This document shows, piece by piece, positions 1 through 11,933 of a stretch of 64,000 bases of DNA. Position numbers and translations under genes: made by a program. Positions within the stretch are counted from its first letter, which is position 1; each line of letters opens with the position of its first letter. The DNA is taken from assembly GCA_036867785.1 (NCBI GenBank), contig CP145419.1, positions 186,001 through 250,000 on the forward strand, read 5' to 3'. Under the pieces are notes generated by a model. It did no database searches. It was not told where the DNA came from and saw nothing but the letters and a program-made list of their open reading frames with translations. This stretch comes from Plasmodiophora brassicae (taxonomy: Eukaryota).

Positions 1-1204
1 CACAACCAGATCAATGCTCGCCATCTCAACTGCCCGCACACAGCTGCTCAGAAATGCGCAGACCCGCAGACTGGCCGCAGTCCTGCAGGCGGCCTGCGGA
101 AAGCAGCAACTCGCGGGGCAATTTTCGTCCCGCGGGATCAATCGGGGTGTCATCCCGCGGGACGAGAAACAGTTTCCCATCGCTGTGGCCAGGAACGCGC
201 CCCAATCGGTGCCCCGGCGCCGCACCGTTATAATGAGCACGTGCAGCCAGCAACGTCCCGATGACGAGAACGTCGACGTGGCTCATGCAGCGACATGGCC
301 AGCGAAAGCAGTGTGCCTGCATCATGGACAAACTTACGTTGCGCCAAGGACCAGCGGACCATCAGATCGGCATGCCAGGATCGCCCATGTAACGTGCAAC
401 GTGTGTGCCCTACCGGCTCGACGACATTGTCACCCTGACAGATGCCGACAGATTCACCGTGTGCGAGGTCGGAGGACAGGCAGTTGCAGTCGACCCATCT
501 GACCTTCGCATTATGCATGGATCCTGACGGCTGACGGGATCCCTGTCGCGTCATCGACAACGGTAATTGCTATTTGACCTGAACATCAAAACATGGTACG
601 CAAAAGAGTACGAAAGTTACGACGACGTTGTCGGGCCGCGGGCAGATGATCAGGAACCGGACGTTGATGCTAACCGCATGTGATAGGAACCGCATACGTG
701 CACGAACTTGACAAAGCCGGCGCTGGAGTGGTGACCAGCGAGAACGCGGAAATCGTCGCCCTGCATGCCCCGGTCATGTTCTGTCCGAACGGTCCCAATG
801 GCCAATGGGGAGGTCATTCATACGCGTTTTATTCAAACGACCCGACGGGAACTCAAAGTCTTCAACGGCCTGGGCTCCCGTCTCTTTCATACGTGAAGCA
901 AAGCGAGCGCGGCCAGCCGCTGGTACTAATAACCGGCCTATCTTGGGAATCGTCATCCAACAAATGAACCCCGTACTTCAGAGCTGGGATGGCTGTTGAC
1001 GAATGCGACGCCCCCGTTTTATCTCTACGTACTTATGGAGGCAACTGTTCCTGGGGTAGGTAGTGTGTTCTGGGCTTCGGAATTGTGCAGAGGTGATGGT
1101 GACGTCATGGTGTATCCGGCACGATTCGCTATTTTGGGACACAAACTGCGGTCGGCAGCTTCGGCATTGCCATTGGACGGCCGATCGAACAGGACGACTC
1201 TGCT

Positions 1205-2527
1205 ATGGACGACGATCCGAACCGATACATCGTGGCCGTCACCGATTTCCGGCGCGTTCCTAGATGGCAGGGCGACGCGCTCTGCGGAACGCCCAATCCA
1301 TCGGACGGCATCCAGGCACAGCTGACGACGCTCCTGGGTGGTTGGGCCAGTGGGAAGCGCTTTGATGACATGCCGGACGGCGACATTGGCAAGAATTTCC
1401 TGCTGTCCTTGCCGTTCTTTAAGCAGAAACAGCACGCTGACGCGACCGACGACCCGGTGAGCGCGATCACGTATCTGATCGAGCACCGCAACGACGATGA
1501 CGTGCAGTCGTTGCTCTCGCGAGCGACTTTGACCAAAGCGGTTAAGCACGGGCAGCTTGAACGATTCCCGGGGCTGATGCCGTTCCTGACGAAACTCGCT
1601 CAGGCGGGCCTGGCGTCTGATCGCAATTTACGCGCGTTGTTTGGCGACGAAAGTCGTGTTCGCGGCGTCATGCTTGAAGTCGGGTCGATGCTTGCCCAGC
1701 CACCGCCCGCTGGATCGCCAGCCGAGATAATGATGCGGGCCTACACCGACGGGACGCTTCGTGCAAGGCCGCTACCATGTGCCCAATGTGGATACCTGCC
1801 TGACGACACCAAGAACCTCATCTGCGCAGGCTGTAAGTCAGTCGCGTACTGCTGCCGAGATTGCCAGAAGGAGAACTGGCCTCTGCATCGTCCCGACTGC
1901 CTTCGTAAGCAGGGCCGCCCTGTTCCCGAGCAGGCTGAACGGGTCGCGGAGCGAATTCGGCAGGCCAAGTACGACGAGATCGCGGAGAGGACGAGGGCGG
2001 AAGAAGAGGCTCGCGACTTGGCCGTCCGTCGGGAAATCGAGCTGTTCCGAGGTGAATCCCCGCATGCTCCCGTACGACGGAGCCACACCTGTATGGGTGT
2101 CATGCGCGTCGTGGACACGCCTTCGTGCGCCGTTGACGTGATCAAGTCTATGGCTGCCGATCTCGGTCTTGCGTTTGTGGAGACCGTCAACTTTGGCTTG
2201 CTGCCTGATGGGATACCGGAGAACCTCGGACGGGGTGTCGCGCTTCGTAACCCATCGACCCAGGCGTTCATTCTCGTGATGCACACGAGGCTGTTTGCTG
2301 ACAATGGAGACGGGAACCTGAGCGGGCACGCCCTCGACGGCATATTCGTTGCCAGTGTCACCGGTGGACGCATCCGATGGGTTAGTGTTTCCCAGCCGGC
2401 CGATGGCGGGTCGGGTAGGCGATGCAATCGATACCGCCGCCTATACCGTCACCTCGCGCACGCCAAATCGCTTGCCCGAATTCCCACAGCATCGTACTTC
2501 GACGACGATGATGGCGAGTGCTTCTGA
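1205..2527 (+). CDS. MYND zinc-finger domain protein
   Basis: 440-aa ORF containing CAQC...CAGCKSVAYCCRDCQKENWPLHRPDC, the canonical zf-MYND Cys/His spacing, followed by a charged helical segment. Confidence 0.8.
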   Translation: MDDDPNRYIVAVTDFRRVPRWQGDALCGTPNPSDGIQAQLTTLLGGWASGKRFDDMPDGDIGKNFLLSLPFFKQKQHADATDDPVSAITYLIEHRNDDDVQSLLSRATLTKAVKHGQLERFPGLMPFLTKLAQAGLASDRNLRALFGDESRVRGVMLEVGSMLAQPPPAGSPAEIMMRAYTDGTLRARPLPCAQCGYLPDDTKNLICAGCKSVAYCCRDCQKENWPLHRPDCLRKQGRPVPEQAERVAERIRQAKYDEIAERTRAEEEARDLAVRREIELFRGESPHAPVRRSHTCMGVMRVVDTPSCAVDVIKSMAADLGLAFVETVNFGLLPDGIPENLGRGVALRNPSTQAFILVMHTRLFADNGDGNLSGHALDGIFVASVTGGRIRWVSVSQPADGGSGRRCNRYRRLYRHLAHAKSLARIPTASYFDDDDGECF

Positions 2528-2596
2528 CCCTGATGAGTGAGTCGTCTTCTAACTCGACGTTCAGTGCCGCAGTAAACGGAACCAGGCTGATGTGGT

Positions 2597-3486
2597 CTAT
2601 TGTTGTCGGGTAATGCCGGTAATTCGCAGGCGCTCGCCGGCGACATGCCTTCTGGCTAACGTCTACAGTGACCGATCAACATGTGGAACGGAGACTGGAG
2701 ATGTGTACGACTGCCGGACCTGACAATGGAAGCCTTGGGATTCGAGTTTCGCGAAGATGACATCGGGCAGGTTGGCTTCGATGAGGACGAGGAACAGCAT
2801 GCCGTGCGGAGAGAGCAACTTGTCGATCGCAGGCAGGAAGCGTTCAATGACCTGTGGACAGGGCGTTACTGCCAGTTGGCGTTGGAGCATCCCCACGTAC
2901 CTCGGCGCCGTTGATGCCACCGGCCCATGCCGCCGTCAGGTCGCGCCTGCGCAACTCTGACGCCGGCGACGGCACGTACGGCGGGTTGAACACGAGGACA
3001 TCGACGCGATGAGACAGCCGTCGTTCGAGCGCGGACGCCAGATCGGTCACGATGACCTCGCCTCGAACGGCATTCCTGAGCAGAACCGTTGAGCACCGCG
3101 CCGCGCGACGATTCAACCCAGCGCCCGAACTTTGCGAACGTCTTCGAAGTGGCTTCCGCCGCCTTCTCGTTGACGTCTGTGGCGAATATTATAGGGCGTC
3201 TTGCGGAATGGTATCTGATCAGATTGGACAGGTGCGCAGACACGATGCCGGATCCGGATCCGATCTCGACGCAGACGCGCGGCGCCGCGTTCGCGCACAG
3301 GGCCGCGATGTGGTCGTCCAGCACGGACATCAGCAGGAACGTGTCCTCGCCTGAACGGCAGCCTCAGCGCCCGACCAGCGCACCGGCGTCGCGCACACGC
3401 ATCGCACCCATTTCGTACACATGGTCGAAGTCCGCGGACGTCAGGTGGGCGACGTCCGGGTCGCCGGGCCCCGCGGCCGTCGTCAT
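2597..3486 (-). CDS. N6AMT1: HemK-family (N6AMT1/Mtq2) eRF1 glutamine methyltransferase, multi-exon
   Basis: Spliced pieces read DFDHVYE / EDTFLL, the SAM-binding motif VEIGSGSG, ATDVN, DVLVFNPPYVP, AWAGG, and C-terminal RRHVAGERL. Short GT-AG introns separate them. Confidence 0.88.
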
Positions 3487-3796
3487 CGCGGTCGTCGGCC
3501 TGCGACGCTGTCCCCGCCTGCGGACTTCTGCGGCCACGACCCCACACATGACGGGACCGCTCCTACCCTACCTACATACAGAACATAGCAGGATAAAGAT
3601 ACCTACCGACAGTAGGCAGATCAGCTCTGTACGTACATAATGGCGCCCGTTCGCCGCCCTGCCCGAGGAATACAGGCGACGGTCAGGTCCCGGGGTTGCG
3701 CCGGCCGACCCCGTTGGAGGAGGTGGTGGACCCCACGGGCGCGCGTTCCGCGACGGGTGCCGCCCGATTAGTCAGCGAAAGCAGCGCCGTCCCCGC

Positions 3797-4837
3797 ATGG
3801 ATCGGGTGAACGCCATCATGGCGTCGGCGACGAACGCGCCCGATCAGGCGTCGCTGCGCGGGCTGACCGTCCTGGTGTCTGGCGGGTCGCGGGGCATCGG
3901 CCTGGCGGTCGCCAAGCGCTGCGCCCGCGACGGCGCCAACGTCATCATCGCCGCCAAGACGGCGGACCCGCACCCAAAGTCGGTCCTGTTGTCGATACGG
4001 GCCCTGTGAATAACGGACGTGTCGCCTAGCCTGCCTGGGACGATCTACAGCGCCGCCGCCGAAATCGAGGGCGCTGGTGGGCGGGCGTTGCCGGTCGTAT
4101 GTGATATCCGCAGCGAAGAGCAGGTCGTGGAGGCCGTCCGCAAGGGCGTCGAACGTTTCGGCGGGTTTGCCCCCCGCTGTTCGCCAAACGCAGTCGCTCG
4201 CAACCGCTTAGAGGCGCGTATCTCTTAGGATCGACATCGTCATCAACAACGCATCGGCAATCGCGTTGACGAACACGGAGAACACGTCGATGAAGGCGTA
4301 CGATCTGATGAACAGTGTCAATGCGCGCGGTTCGCTGGATCGCCGGTCGCTCGACCGCCCGCTGATGTCGTTGCAGGCGCGTTCCTGCTGGCGAAGGCGG
4401 CCCTGCCGTACCTGAAGAAGTCGAAACACGCGCGCATCCTGACGATGTCGCCACCGCTGACAATGGATGCGAAATGGTTCGCCCCGCACTGTGCCTACAC
4501 GATCGCGAAATACGGCATGTCGATGTGCGTCCTCGGCCAGAGCGCCGAATTCGCCAAGTACAAGATCGCGGTGAACGCGCTGTGGCCCAAGACGACGATT
4601 GCGACGGCCGCCGTCGCGAACCTGCTGGGTGGCGACGAATCCATGAGGCGGAGCAGGACGGCCGATATCGTGGCGGATGCCGCGTACGTTATCCTCACGA
4701 AGCCGCCGACGGTCACCGGCCAGTTCTTCATCGACGAGGTCGTCCTTCGCGACCACGGCGTCACCGACTTCAGCGCCTACCGCGCGGACAAGTCGCAGAA
4801 GGACGACAGCCATCTGCTGCCCGATTACTTCCTGTGA
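3797..4837 (+). CDS. HSDL2: Hydroxysteroid dehydrogenase-like 2 (SDR family), 4 exons
   Basis: Motifs SGGSRGIG, AAKTADPHPK, LPGTIYSAA, NNASAI, catalytic YTIAKYGMS, NALWPKTTIATAA, TGQFFIDE. Confidence 0.9.
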
Positions 4838-5304
4838 ATACAGGCCCGCGTCTGAGGTGCCGCTACGATACTGCCTGGACCCGCTCGAAAGCGGGTGTCT
4901 GACGCATTACCTCCCCATTTGCGATGGCTCGCGTCATCGTGCGCCCAACGCGATCATTGAGCACCCCACTCAGGGGCCTGTCTGCCTGTGCCTCAGCAGC
5001 GGCAACGCTGGACGCCACCCCCTCCCCTCTGTGCGGCTGTCCGATGGTGGCACGTCGTGCACAGTGCTGCTGCTGCCCGTCATTGTCGATGATTCCAGGC
5101 TGAACCTTGGTCACGCTGGACGGGTGCCGATGGGCCGCTACGCCGACGTGATCGACCAGCACCCGACGTCGGCGCTGTCACGCGCGCCATACCATTTCAC
5201 GGGCGTCCTGAGCCCGATGAACCAGGCGCGCTCGACCTACGCGTAGGGCGTTGCTCTCGTATCGTTCCACGATCCGGTGCGTCTCTGACCGCTTCCGCCC
5301 CAGC

Positions 5305-6081
5305 ATGCAGTTCCAGACACGGAAACGTATCGTGCAGACGCCCAGGCCTGGAGCGTCGCCGCCCCCACCGGCGCCACCGTCGTCCCAGCTCCTTCGTCGG
5401 CTGCAGCAGGAGACCCTGCGACGGCAACGGTTCCTCGAGGCGCGCCGAGCGCAGACGGCGCTTGAAGAGGAACGGCGGCGTCAGACGGCCCTCAGGGAGC
5501 GCCGCCTTCATCGCCTGGAGCAAAGCCGGGCCATCCGAGCGAGGATGACGACTCCTGATCGCAACCGCACGATCGACAGGAACCCGCCCGAATCGGTGGT
5601 GACGGCCCCGGTCCAGTTGCCGTCGCGTCGTGCGCCGGAACCGGCGATCGAGCGAATGACCAGCTACGCGCGCAGCTCGGGCGACCGCTTCCGCATGCTG
5701 GCTCCTGTTCGCGTCCCGCCCAGCGTGGTCGGCGACCACAAATCGATCCGCAGCGAACCCGTCTATTTCCCGCACGACGACCACGACGAGAACGAGATCA
5801 TGCGCACGCTGGACCGCCTGAACCAGACGCTGGCCGCCCTGCGCCTGCGCCGATCCATCAACGCGGAGTCGCCGCCGCCGCCGCCGCCCGGAACCGTTAA
5901 CGACGACGCTCCGCCCGCGGACGACGACGAACATCGCCAACAACAGCAGGAACCGCTGCCGGGGTCGTCGGTGATGCTGCCGGTGATTCAGGCGCGCCGG
6001 CAGCAATGGCAGCCGGTGCCACTGAAGCCGCAACTCGCGCGCGTCCCCAACGCCAGGTCACGACGGGCTCGTGGGCGGTAA
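5305..6081 (+). CDS. Hypothetical Pro/Arg-rich protein with a coiled-coil segment
   Basis: Open frame from ATG 5305 with a charged helical stretch (QQETLRRQRFLEARRAQTALEEERRRQ) and poly-Pro runs. No recognisable domain. Confidence 0.5.
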   Translation: MQFQTRKRIVQTPRPGASPPPPAPPSSQLLRRLQQETLRRQRFLEARRAQTALEEERRRQTALRERRLHRLEQSRAIRARMTTPDRNRTIDRNPPESVVTAPVQLPSRRAPEPAIERMTSYARSSGDRFRMLAPVRVPPSVVGDHKSIRSEPVYFPHDDHDENEIMRTLDRLNQTLAALRLRRSINAESPPPPPPGTVNDDAPPADDDEHRQQQQEPLPGSSVMLPVIQARRQQWQPVPLKPQLARVPNARSRRARGR

Positions 6082-6138
6082 CGCTGGGCCAGTTCGAATA
6101 CAGGAACGACAGGTCGTGTGTATGTGCACGACGTGCGA

Positions 6139-6599
6139 TCAGCTGCGGATCAGGGAGGCGGCGCTCTCCAACGCCGCCTCTGCTTTGGTCAGCTCCTCCG
6201 ATCCGGCCAGACCATCCTGGCCATGGTTCTGCTTCTGGACACGGGGACGCGGGATCAGACGTCGCCAACACACAGCGGCGTGACGCTCACGTACGACGTA
6301 TCCTTCGAGGTCGGCGTACGACTTCACCAGGCGTGAATGCGTGTCCTGGACGACCGAAACGGTCTCGTCGACGAACTCCTCCTGTAAAGGGCGACGGCGT
6401 ACGTCAGAACCGGACGGGGATGCGCGCGCGATCGTCGCCGGACCGTCTTCTTGATGTCGTACGGGTCGGCCTGCGACTGTCGCAGGGCGGACAGCTTGCG
6501 CTCCAGACCCTCCTGCTCCTTGACGTAGTACGACAGCTCCTTGCCGAGCCGGGTCACCGAGTCCGTCTTGATCTTCAGCTGGCGCTTCGAGTCCGCCAT
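6139..6599 (-). CDS. TBCA: Tubulin-binding cofactor A, 3 exons
   Basis: MADSKRQLKIKTDSVTRLGKELSYY...DPYDIKK / EEFVDET...RL matches the TBCA/Rbl2 pattern. Confidence 0.88.
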
Positions 6600-7145
6600 C
6601 ACTGCCGCCGCCGCCGTCCGAACACGCGCACTGTGGCAGCGGCGCGGGGCGCGCGCACCGCACCCGCACTCGCCGTGCTCCGCCCGCAGGCGCAACCCGG
6701 CCCGCGTTCCGACCATTGCAATTCCGATTGGGTAGTACCGCCTGGCGCCTGCCGGCCAGCCTTTCGGAACCGGTGACACGACCTTGGCGGTCGGCCAATC
6801 AGACGTCGGTCCGCTGGGTGCTGCGCTTCCGCTTCCTGGCTGGGACCCCCCCCCCCCCCGCCCACCGACTGTGCCGCCGTAGCTATGCCATTGCGCTGGT
6901 GGTCGCCCGGCACCGACACGTTCGACCTGCTCCCACCGCACTGCTCATGCACTTGGACGTAACGGCGAACGTACGCCCCTGACTCTGCGCGTTTGGCGCC
7001 GCAGACCCGACGCCTATTTCGAGAACGTCCGTTGGAACCTGGGTTTCCGGGCCCTTCGCCTCACAAACGTCGTCGCTGGCCGCGGTCTCCCGACCCGACT
7101 CGTCCATCCTTGTCCAATTCCCGATCTGCTGGCTGGTGCCGCGCA

Positions 7146-8458
7146 ATGCTGGCGCTGCTGTGCTGGGCGCTCTGGGCCCTGTCTGCCGAAGGATCGCCCG
7201 CCGACTATAACGAGACCGCTCCCCTCCCGCCGATACGACTGTTCGACGGCCACTGGAAGGACCACCTGGTCCCGATATGCCCCAGTTGCAGCGAACCCGC
7301 CCGCAGCAACAATGGAGTCATGATGGCAGGTGCCCCGACGGGAAGTGCTGTTTGGGGCCAGAGCGTCGAAATCCGATCGCGGATCGACACGTTCCTGTTG
7401 CTGGCGACCAGCCAAACGGCGGACAAGGCGCTCGTCTTCCAGATTGGCAGGTGCGGGCACCCTGCATCTTTCCTAGACCTGACCCTGCACACCACCATGT
7501 CGTCGCCACCGAGTCCTGGACCAGCCGTCCAGCGTCCGGGGCGACGCCTGTCCGACCCGCCGCCCCAATTCCTGTCGGCAATCACCAAGTTCCAAATCAC
7601 GTCAGACGTACCGGTAAGCTCCACAGGCGCGAACCCGGATCCACTTCGCTAAGTCGCACTGTGCAGGTTGGTGACGGGTACTGCTTCCAGGTCTGGTGGA
7701 CCGGCCAGACGTCGCGTCGGCGCCCGTCTCTGATGAACCTGCGGATGCCACATTCGCGACCTCTGCCAACGTCACGCGATTCCTGGGTGCTGTTGGGCGC
7801 GTCTCGTCCATTCTCAATCCGGTACAAGACATGGTCGGACCACCTGTCGAAGCGCCCCTCGGGACGCCTACCGCTTCTTCGGGAATGCCTCCTGGAAGTC
7901 GAGTGTACGCGTGCGCTTCGTGCACCACCCCCGTGCCGCCTCTAACCTCTGTCGTCAGGGCGTTTCGAGCTGGGCGTCTATCGGGTTAGCGATAATGAGG
8001 GTCAAACCGCGGCCATCGCCAAGGCGCTTCGAGACGGTACGCAACGGATCCGGTACCGAATGCAACGACACGCATCCGATCCGTGCTATAGATGGAGACG
8101 ACCGCCCTATTGACGACCCCGGGATCGTTGCCCTGCTGCAGGACAGCAGCATCTTCGCGGTCGGGGTCGCCGTCAAGCGTGTCCTCGGCGAAATCAACCA
8201 CCGGGAGCCCCTGATCTCTGCGGAGACGTTCGCCGAGGTGGCCGCCCACGTCGAAGGTACGCGCGTACTCGGGCCGTCCCTGTAGCAGTCGACCGCGCCA
8301 CTAACCCCATTGCAGTAGCGCGCCGGGGCGTCGAACGCTTCGATGACCTGTTTGCCACCGTGAACATCGCGATCGCACTGGCCAGCCTTGCCAACCGAGA
8401 CGCGCTGTCCACACTCATGGACCATTTGCATCGGTTCGTTCTGCGCCCTACCGCATAG
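7146..8458 (+). CDS. Secreted hypothetical protein, multi-exon
   Basis: Signal-peptide-like MLALLCWALWALSAEG. Several GT-AG introns, and the last splice gives ...VARRGVERFDDLFATVNIAIALASLANRDALSTLMDHLHRFVLRPTA*. Internal exon boundaries are uncertain. Confidence 0.55.
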
Positions 8459-8670
8459 CCAGGCGCGTACTGAGGCGCGCATTGCCCAGGCTTGTGTCGA
8501 AACATGGGGACCTTCCCGCGGAAGCGCTGGGCGTCCTGTTCTTCCCGGTCGTGGTCGGCCTGCCGCTGGCGAAAGCCCAGTGGGGCGCCCCGGTCCTGGC
8601 CTGGTGCATCTCGAACTGGCCCGCTCTTCGACCACAGGTGTCGACTTTATGATGAACAGCGGCCGTTCGA

Positions 8671-9219
8671 CTATTGCTGGCGCTCGAATTTGACAACGAC
8701 GGTGCGAGTCGGATCCCGGGCGCTCAGGTTCACAGCGATGTTCAGCACGGCGCCCGGGTCGTCGATCACGGACGGAAGAACGCCTTCAACGTCCGCGATA
8801 ACGGGGTCGTCACCGCCATTGTCGATCAGCGCCTGCTGGGCGAACAGCGTCGCCCCTGAATCGTTCCGCGCCGAGATTACGCGCGTCTCCTTGGGCATTC
8901 CGTCGGCGATCGCCAGCTGGAACGTCATGAACACGGTCGTCTCGGACGTCGATAGGAACGCCTGCAAGTGCTCAGCCGTCTGGCGCAAGCGGAGAATGTC
9001 GTCCGAGACGGCGCGAAGGTCGCCCAGGTCGTGCGCCTCGCCGGACACGATGGCGATGGTGAGCGCGCGATGACGCCTCCACAGGCCGTCCAGCTTGCAC
9101 CGGACATGATCGACAGCACGAGCGTCAGGTCCTATGCCAGACAGGGCACGGCGACCCGCCTCGATGTGCCCCCTGGCGACCTTCAGCAAACGCAGGGCAC
9201 CTTCGTAGTCCGGTGCCAT
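8671..9219 (-). CDS. Hypothetical protein (182 aa)
   Basis: ATG-initiated ORF with globular-protein-like composition. No family recognised. Confidence 0.5.
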   Translation of the reverse strand: MAPDYEGALRLLKVARGHIEAGRRALSGIGPDARAVDHVRCKLDGLWRRHRALTIAIVSGEAHDLGDLRAVSDDILRLRQTAEHLQAFLSTSETTVFMTFQLAIADGMPKETRVISARNDSGATLFAQQALIDNGGDDPVIADVEGVLPSVIDDPGAVLNIAVNLSARDPTRTVVVKFERQQ

Positions 9220-9247
9220 TATTGGTCAGACCCTGTTCCTTTATTGG

Positions 9248-10717
9248 TCAATCGGCAGCGGCCGGCTCGGTTTGACATTCGGAAGGCGCCGGTTTCTGCT
9301 TCAGCCAGTCCTCGACGCCGGGTGGGGCGGGCTTCTTGCGTTTCTTCTTGGGAGGTTGGGTGGCCGCCCCTGGGGTTAGTTCGGTGAACGTGTTCCACGA
9401 CCCGGTGTGGCTGTGCCCCCTGTAGAGCAGGCAGAGCCACCGGGCGAATTCGTTGCGGGCGCTGTCGAGCCGGGCGATTTCCGAGTAGATCCGGTCCTGG
9501 ATGAAGGCGGCGATATCGTCCTTGAGCTCGGTCAGTTCCATTTCGGGGACCTTCTTCAGGTATCCGCTGAACAGAGGCCTGCAGACCAATCAGTGACAAG
9601 AAGACGTACCACGGCGACGGAAACGGGACTGACTTTTGCAGGAAGAGGCCAAGGGCGGGAGCGAGTGGGAGATGGAACCTGGAATGATGCTGCGATGAGA
9701 ACGACGAACGCAAGGACCATGACATAACCACAAACTTCTTCCTGGAATCGAACAGGTCCTTCTTGTGCAGCAGGTCGCTGTTGATGACGCCGTGGTGGAC
9801 GCCGAGAACCGCCCCGACCATGAGGCGGATCATGTTGAACAGGAACGACTGCATAGGCATGCGTTAATTTCCAGTCCATCAGAGGTGCTCGCAGGCCGTA
9901 GACAGACCTGGCCGTGGATCTCGAAGCGAACGAACTGGCCCTCGGGAAGCTGGAGAAGCGAGGCATGGAATTTGGTGATGTAACGGTTCGACGATGGGTC
10001 GAACGAGTCGGTACCCGACGAGAAGTTGTGGTAGTTGAGTGTGCCGCGGAACGCGTTCGTTATTGAATTGATCGCCGCCAGGTCATCATCGGCCAACGTG
10101 ACCGGCTGCACCAACCCAGACACCATGGCTTCGTCTGCTCCATCAGACAGCACAGACTTCACGAACTCCTCATGCTGTCTCGAGAACATCCACGCCGGCA
10201 TGATGTATTCGTACTCGCGCGATGACGTCGCGTTCTTCCTATGGCCAACGCCATTCAGAAAACAGGGAAAACGCCCGGCACAATTATGGCAAACGTACGC
10301 ATTGAACGAGCGAGTCGCACGAATGATTCCATGGAGGGCGATGTCTTGCGGAAGGTGGGAGCGCACCTTGGCCAGCAGGTCCGGATCACTAATCATGCAC
10401 TTCAACGCAACGACATTCGCGCCCGCATGGACACCTTTATCCGTCCGTGACGACCGTGTCCACTGTATCTTTGAGAACCCGCCTTCATGGTTTGCGTCAG
10501 ATATGGCGCCGGCCTTGTACAATCTACGACCGGCCAGTTAGAACGCAGGGGGCACAACGCGCACTGGCTGATCCTACGCGAGCTCCAGGGCCTGCTCGAC
10601 GGTGCTGACCCCTGGGTTGATCTGAAGGCCGCTGTAGTTCGTGCCCAGATACCCGAAGATCACGGCCGCTTTCTTCTTCGGCTGCTTCGCCTGAGGTGTC
10701 TCGGCGGCGTCCGCCAT
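9248..10717 (-). CDS. PUS1: tRNA pseudouridine synthase, TruA/Pus1 family, multi-exon
   Basis: FGYLGTNYSGLQINP, catalytic SRTDKGVHA, SREYEY, GTLNYHNF, SFLFNMIRLMVG, APALGLFL. Confidence 0.9.
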
Positions 10718-10956
10718 TGCGATGACTGCGCCGCAGAAAACTCCGCGCCCAGGTGCAGTTCCTCAGTCGCAGTCTGTCTGCCTCCCCCGCGTGTCGGGTC
10801 TTGTGACTCGTGAGCACCACACAGGTATCGGTGGCACTCTCTAAATTATACCAGCATCCAGAGTTTACTGGTATATAACCGATCAGCCGCCCCGCAGCTG
10901 CCCCAGAACTGCCCGACTGGCGCAGTCCGTAACTGCCCAACAGACACTGGCGCTGC

Positions 10957-11231
10957 GACAATTAGGGGAACGTGCGCTGTGACAATTAGGGGAACGTGCG
11001 CTGTGACAATTAGGGGAACGTGCGCTGTGACAATTAGGGGAACGTGCGCTGTGACAATTAGGGGAACGTGCGCTGTGACAATTAGGGGAACGTGCGCTGT
11101 GACAATTAGGGGAACGTGCGCTGTGACAATTAGGGGAACGTGCGCTGTGACAATTAGGGGAACGTGCGCTGTGACAATTAGGGGAACGTGCGCTGTGACA
11201 ATTAGGGGAACGTGCTCCCCGACAATTAGGG
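10957..11231 (+). repeat. 24-bp minisatellite (GACAATTAGGGGAACGTGCGCTGT)n
   Basis: Ten identical units, an eleventh with a variant 3' end (...CGTGCTCCCC) and a partial twelfth. No spacers between units. Confidence 0.97.
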
Positions 11232-11388
11232 AGTAATAGGCATTTTAAGACATCAAATCTATCGTGTATTTGGACTGCCGAAGCCGTCGGTTGCCGTGGA
11301 CGTTTATTCAAACTGCGCGGCTGCGCGACCCCCGTCGCGGCCGTGCCATAACATACGGCGTGGCGAGGGCCCAAAAGTCGCACATGTC

Positions 11389-11410
11389 GGGGGGGGGGGG
11401 GGGGGGGGGG
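11389..11410 (+). repeat. G22 homopolymer
   Basis: 22 consecutive G, ~160 bp downstream of the minisatellite. Confidence 0.95.
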
Positions 11411-11933
11411 CACAGTCGCACTTTTCGATAGTGCGCCCGTCGGGCAGATCACGGTTAGTGCATACAACTGGCGTAAGTCGACGTTTGTGGCGTTCTGCAA
11501 TGGTGATTTTAGGTTAGTGCGCTTCACAACGCACGATGGTCCGGAGCGCAACAGGACTCCCCCGCGGGCAACGCCGTTTGCAGCATCGGTGGTCCAGCAG
11601 TATGCCATGAAAAGTCTACCAGCCCACAATTAAATATGAATGGCGGGAATGACAAACGCACAGTACGTTTGCCATCATGAACCGCTGGCAGCAGCGTTCT
11701 GCCGTTATCGTCCGATCTCCCGTCGGGAACAGTGCACCGACTAGACCCATGTTCCTCTACCTTATCCAAATGGTGTCAATAGGTTGCCCCGCTCGATTCA
11801 TCCAGGGAAACATGGTGGACGTCGCCCAGACCCATTGCCGCGCTCATTCAGCTCAACGGATATGACAGGTGGTACTCCGGTGGAGGCCTTCCGACTGTGG
11901 CACTGAGACGTTGGGCGCGCCTCCCTGCTCGAA

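Noticed and set aside
1-1200. Gene fragments at the window start (e.g. ORF 680-967)
   Set aside because: These may be terminal exons of a gene starting outside the window, but there is no recognisable domain or reliable splice model.
10957-11231. CRISPR array
   Set aside because: The units are head-to-tail with no unique spacers, there are no cas genes, and the context is eukaryotic.
10957-11231. True telomere or chromosome-fusion site
   Set aside because: TTAGGGG is only 7 of 24 nt per unit, there is no head-to-head arrangement, and genes continue normally on both sides.
10883-11629. ORFs with (SPNCHSAR)n or (TIRGTCAV)n peptide repeats
   Set aside because: They arise automatically from a stop-free 24-bp unit, have non-ATG starts and have no other coding support.
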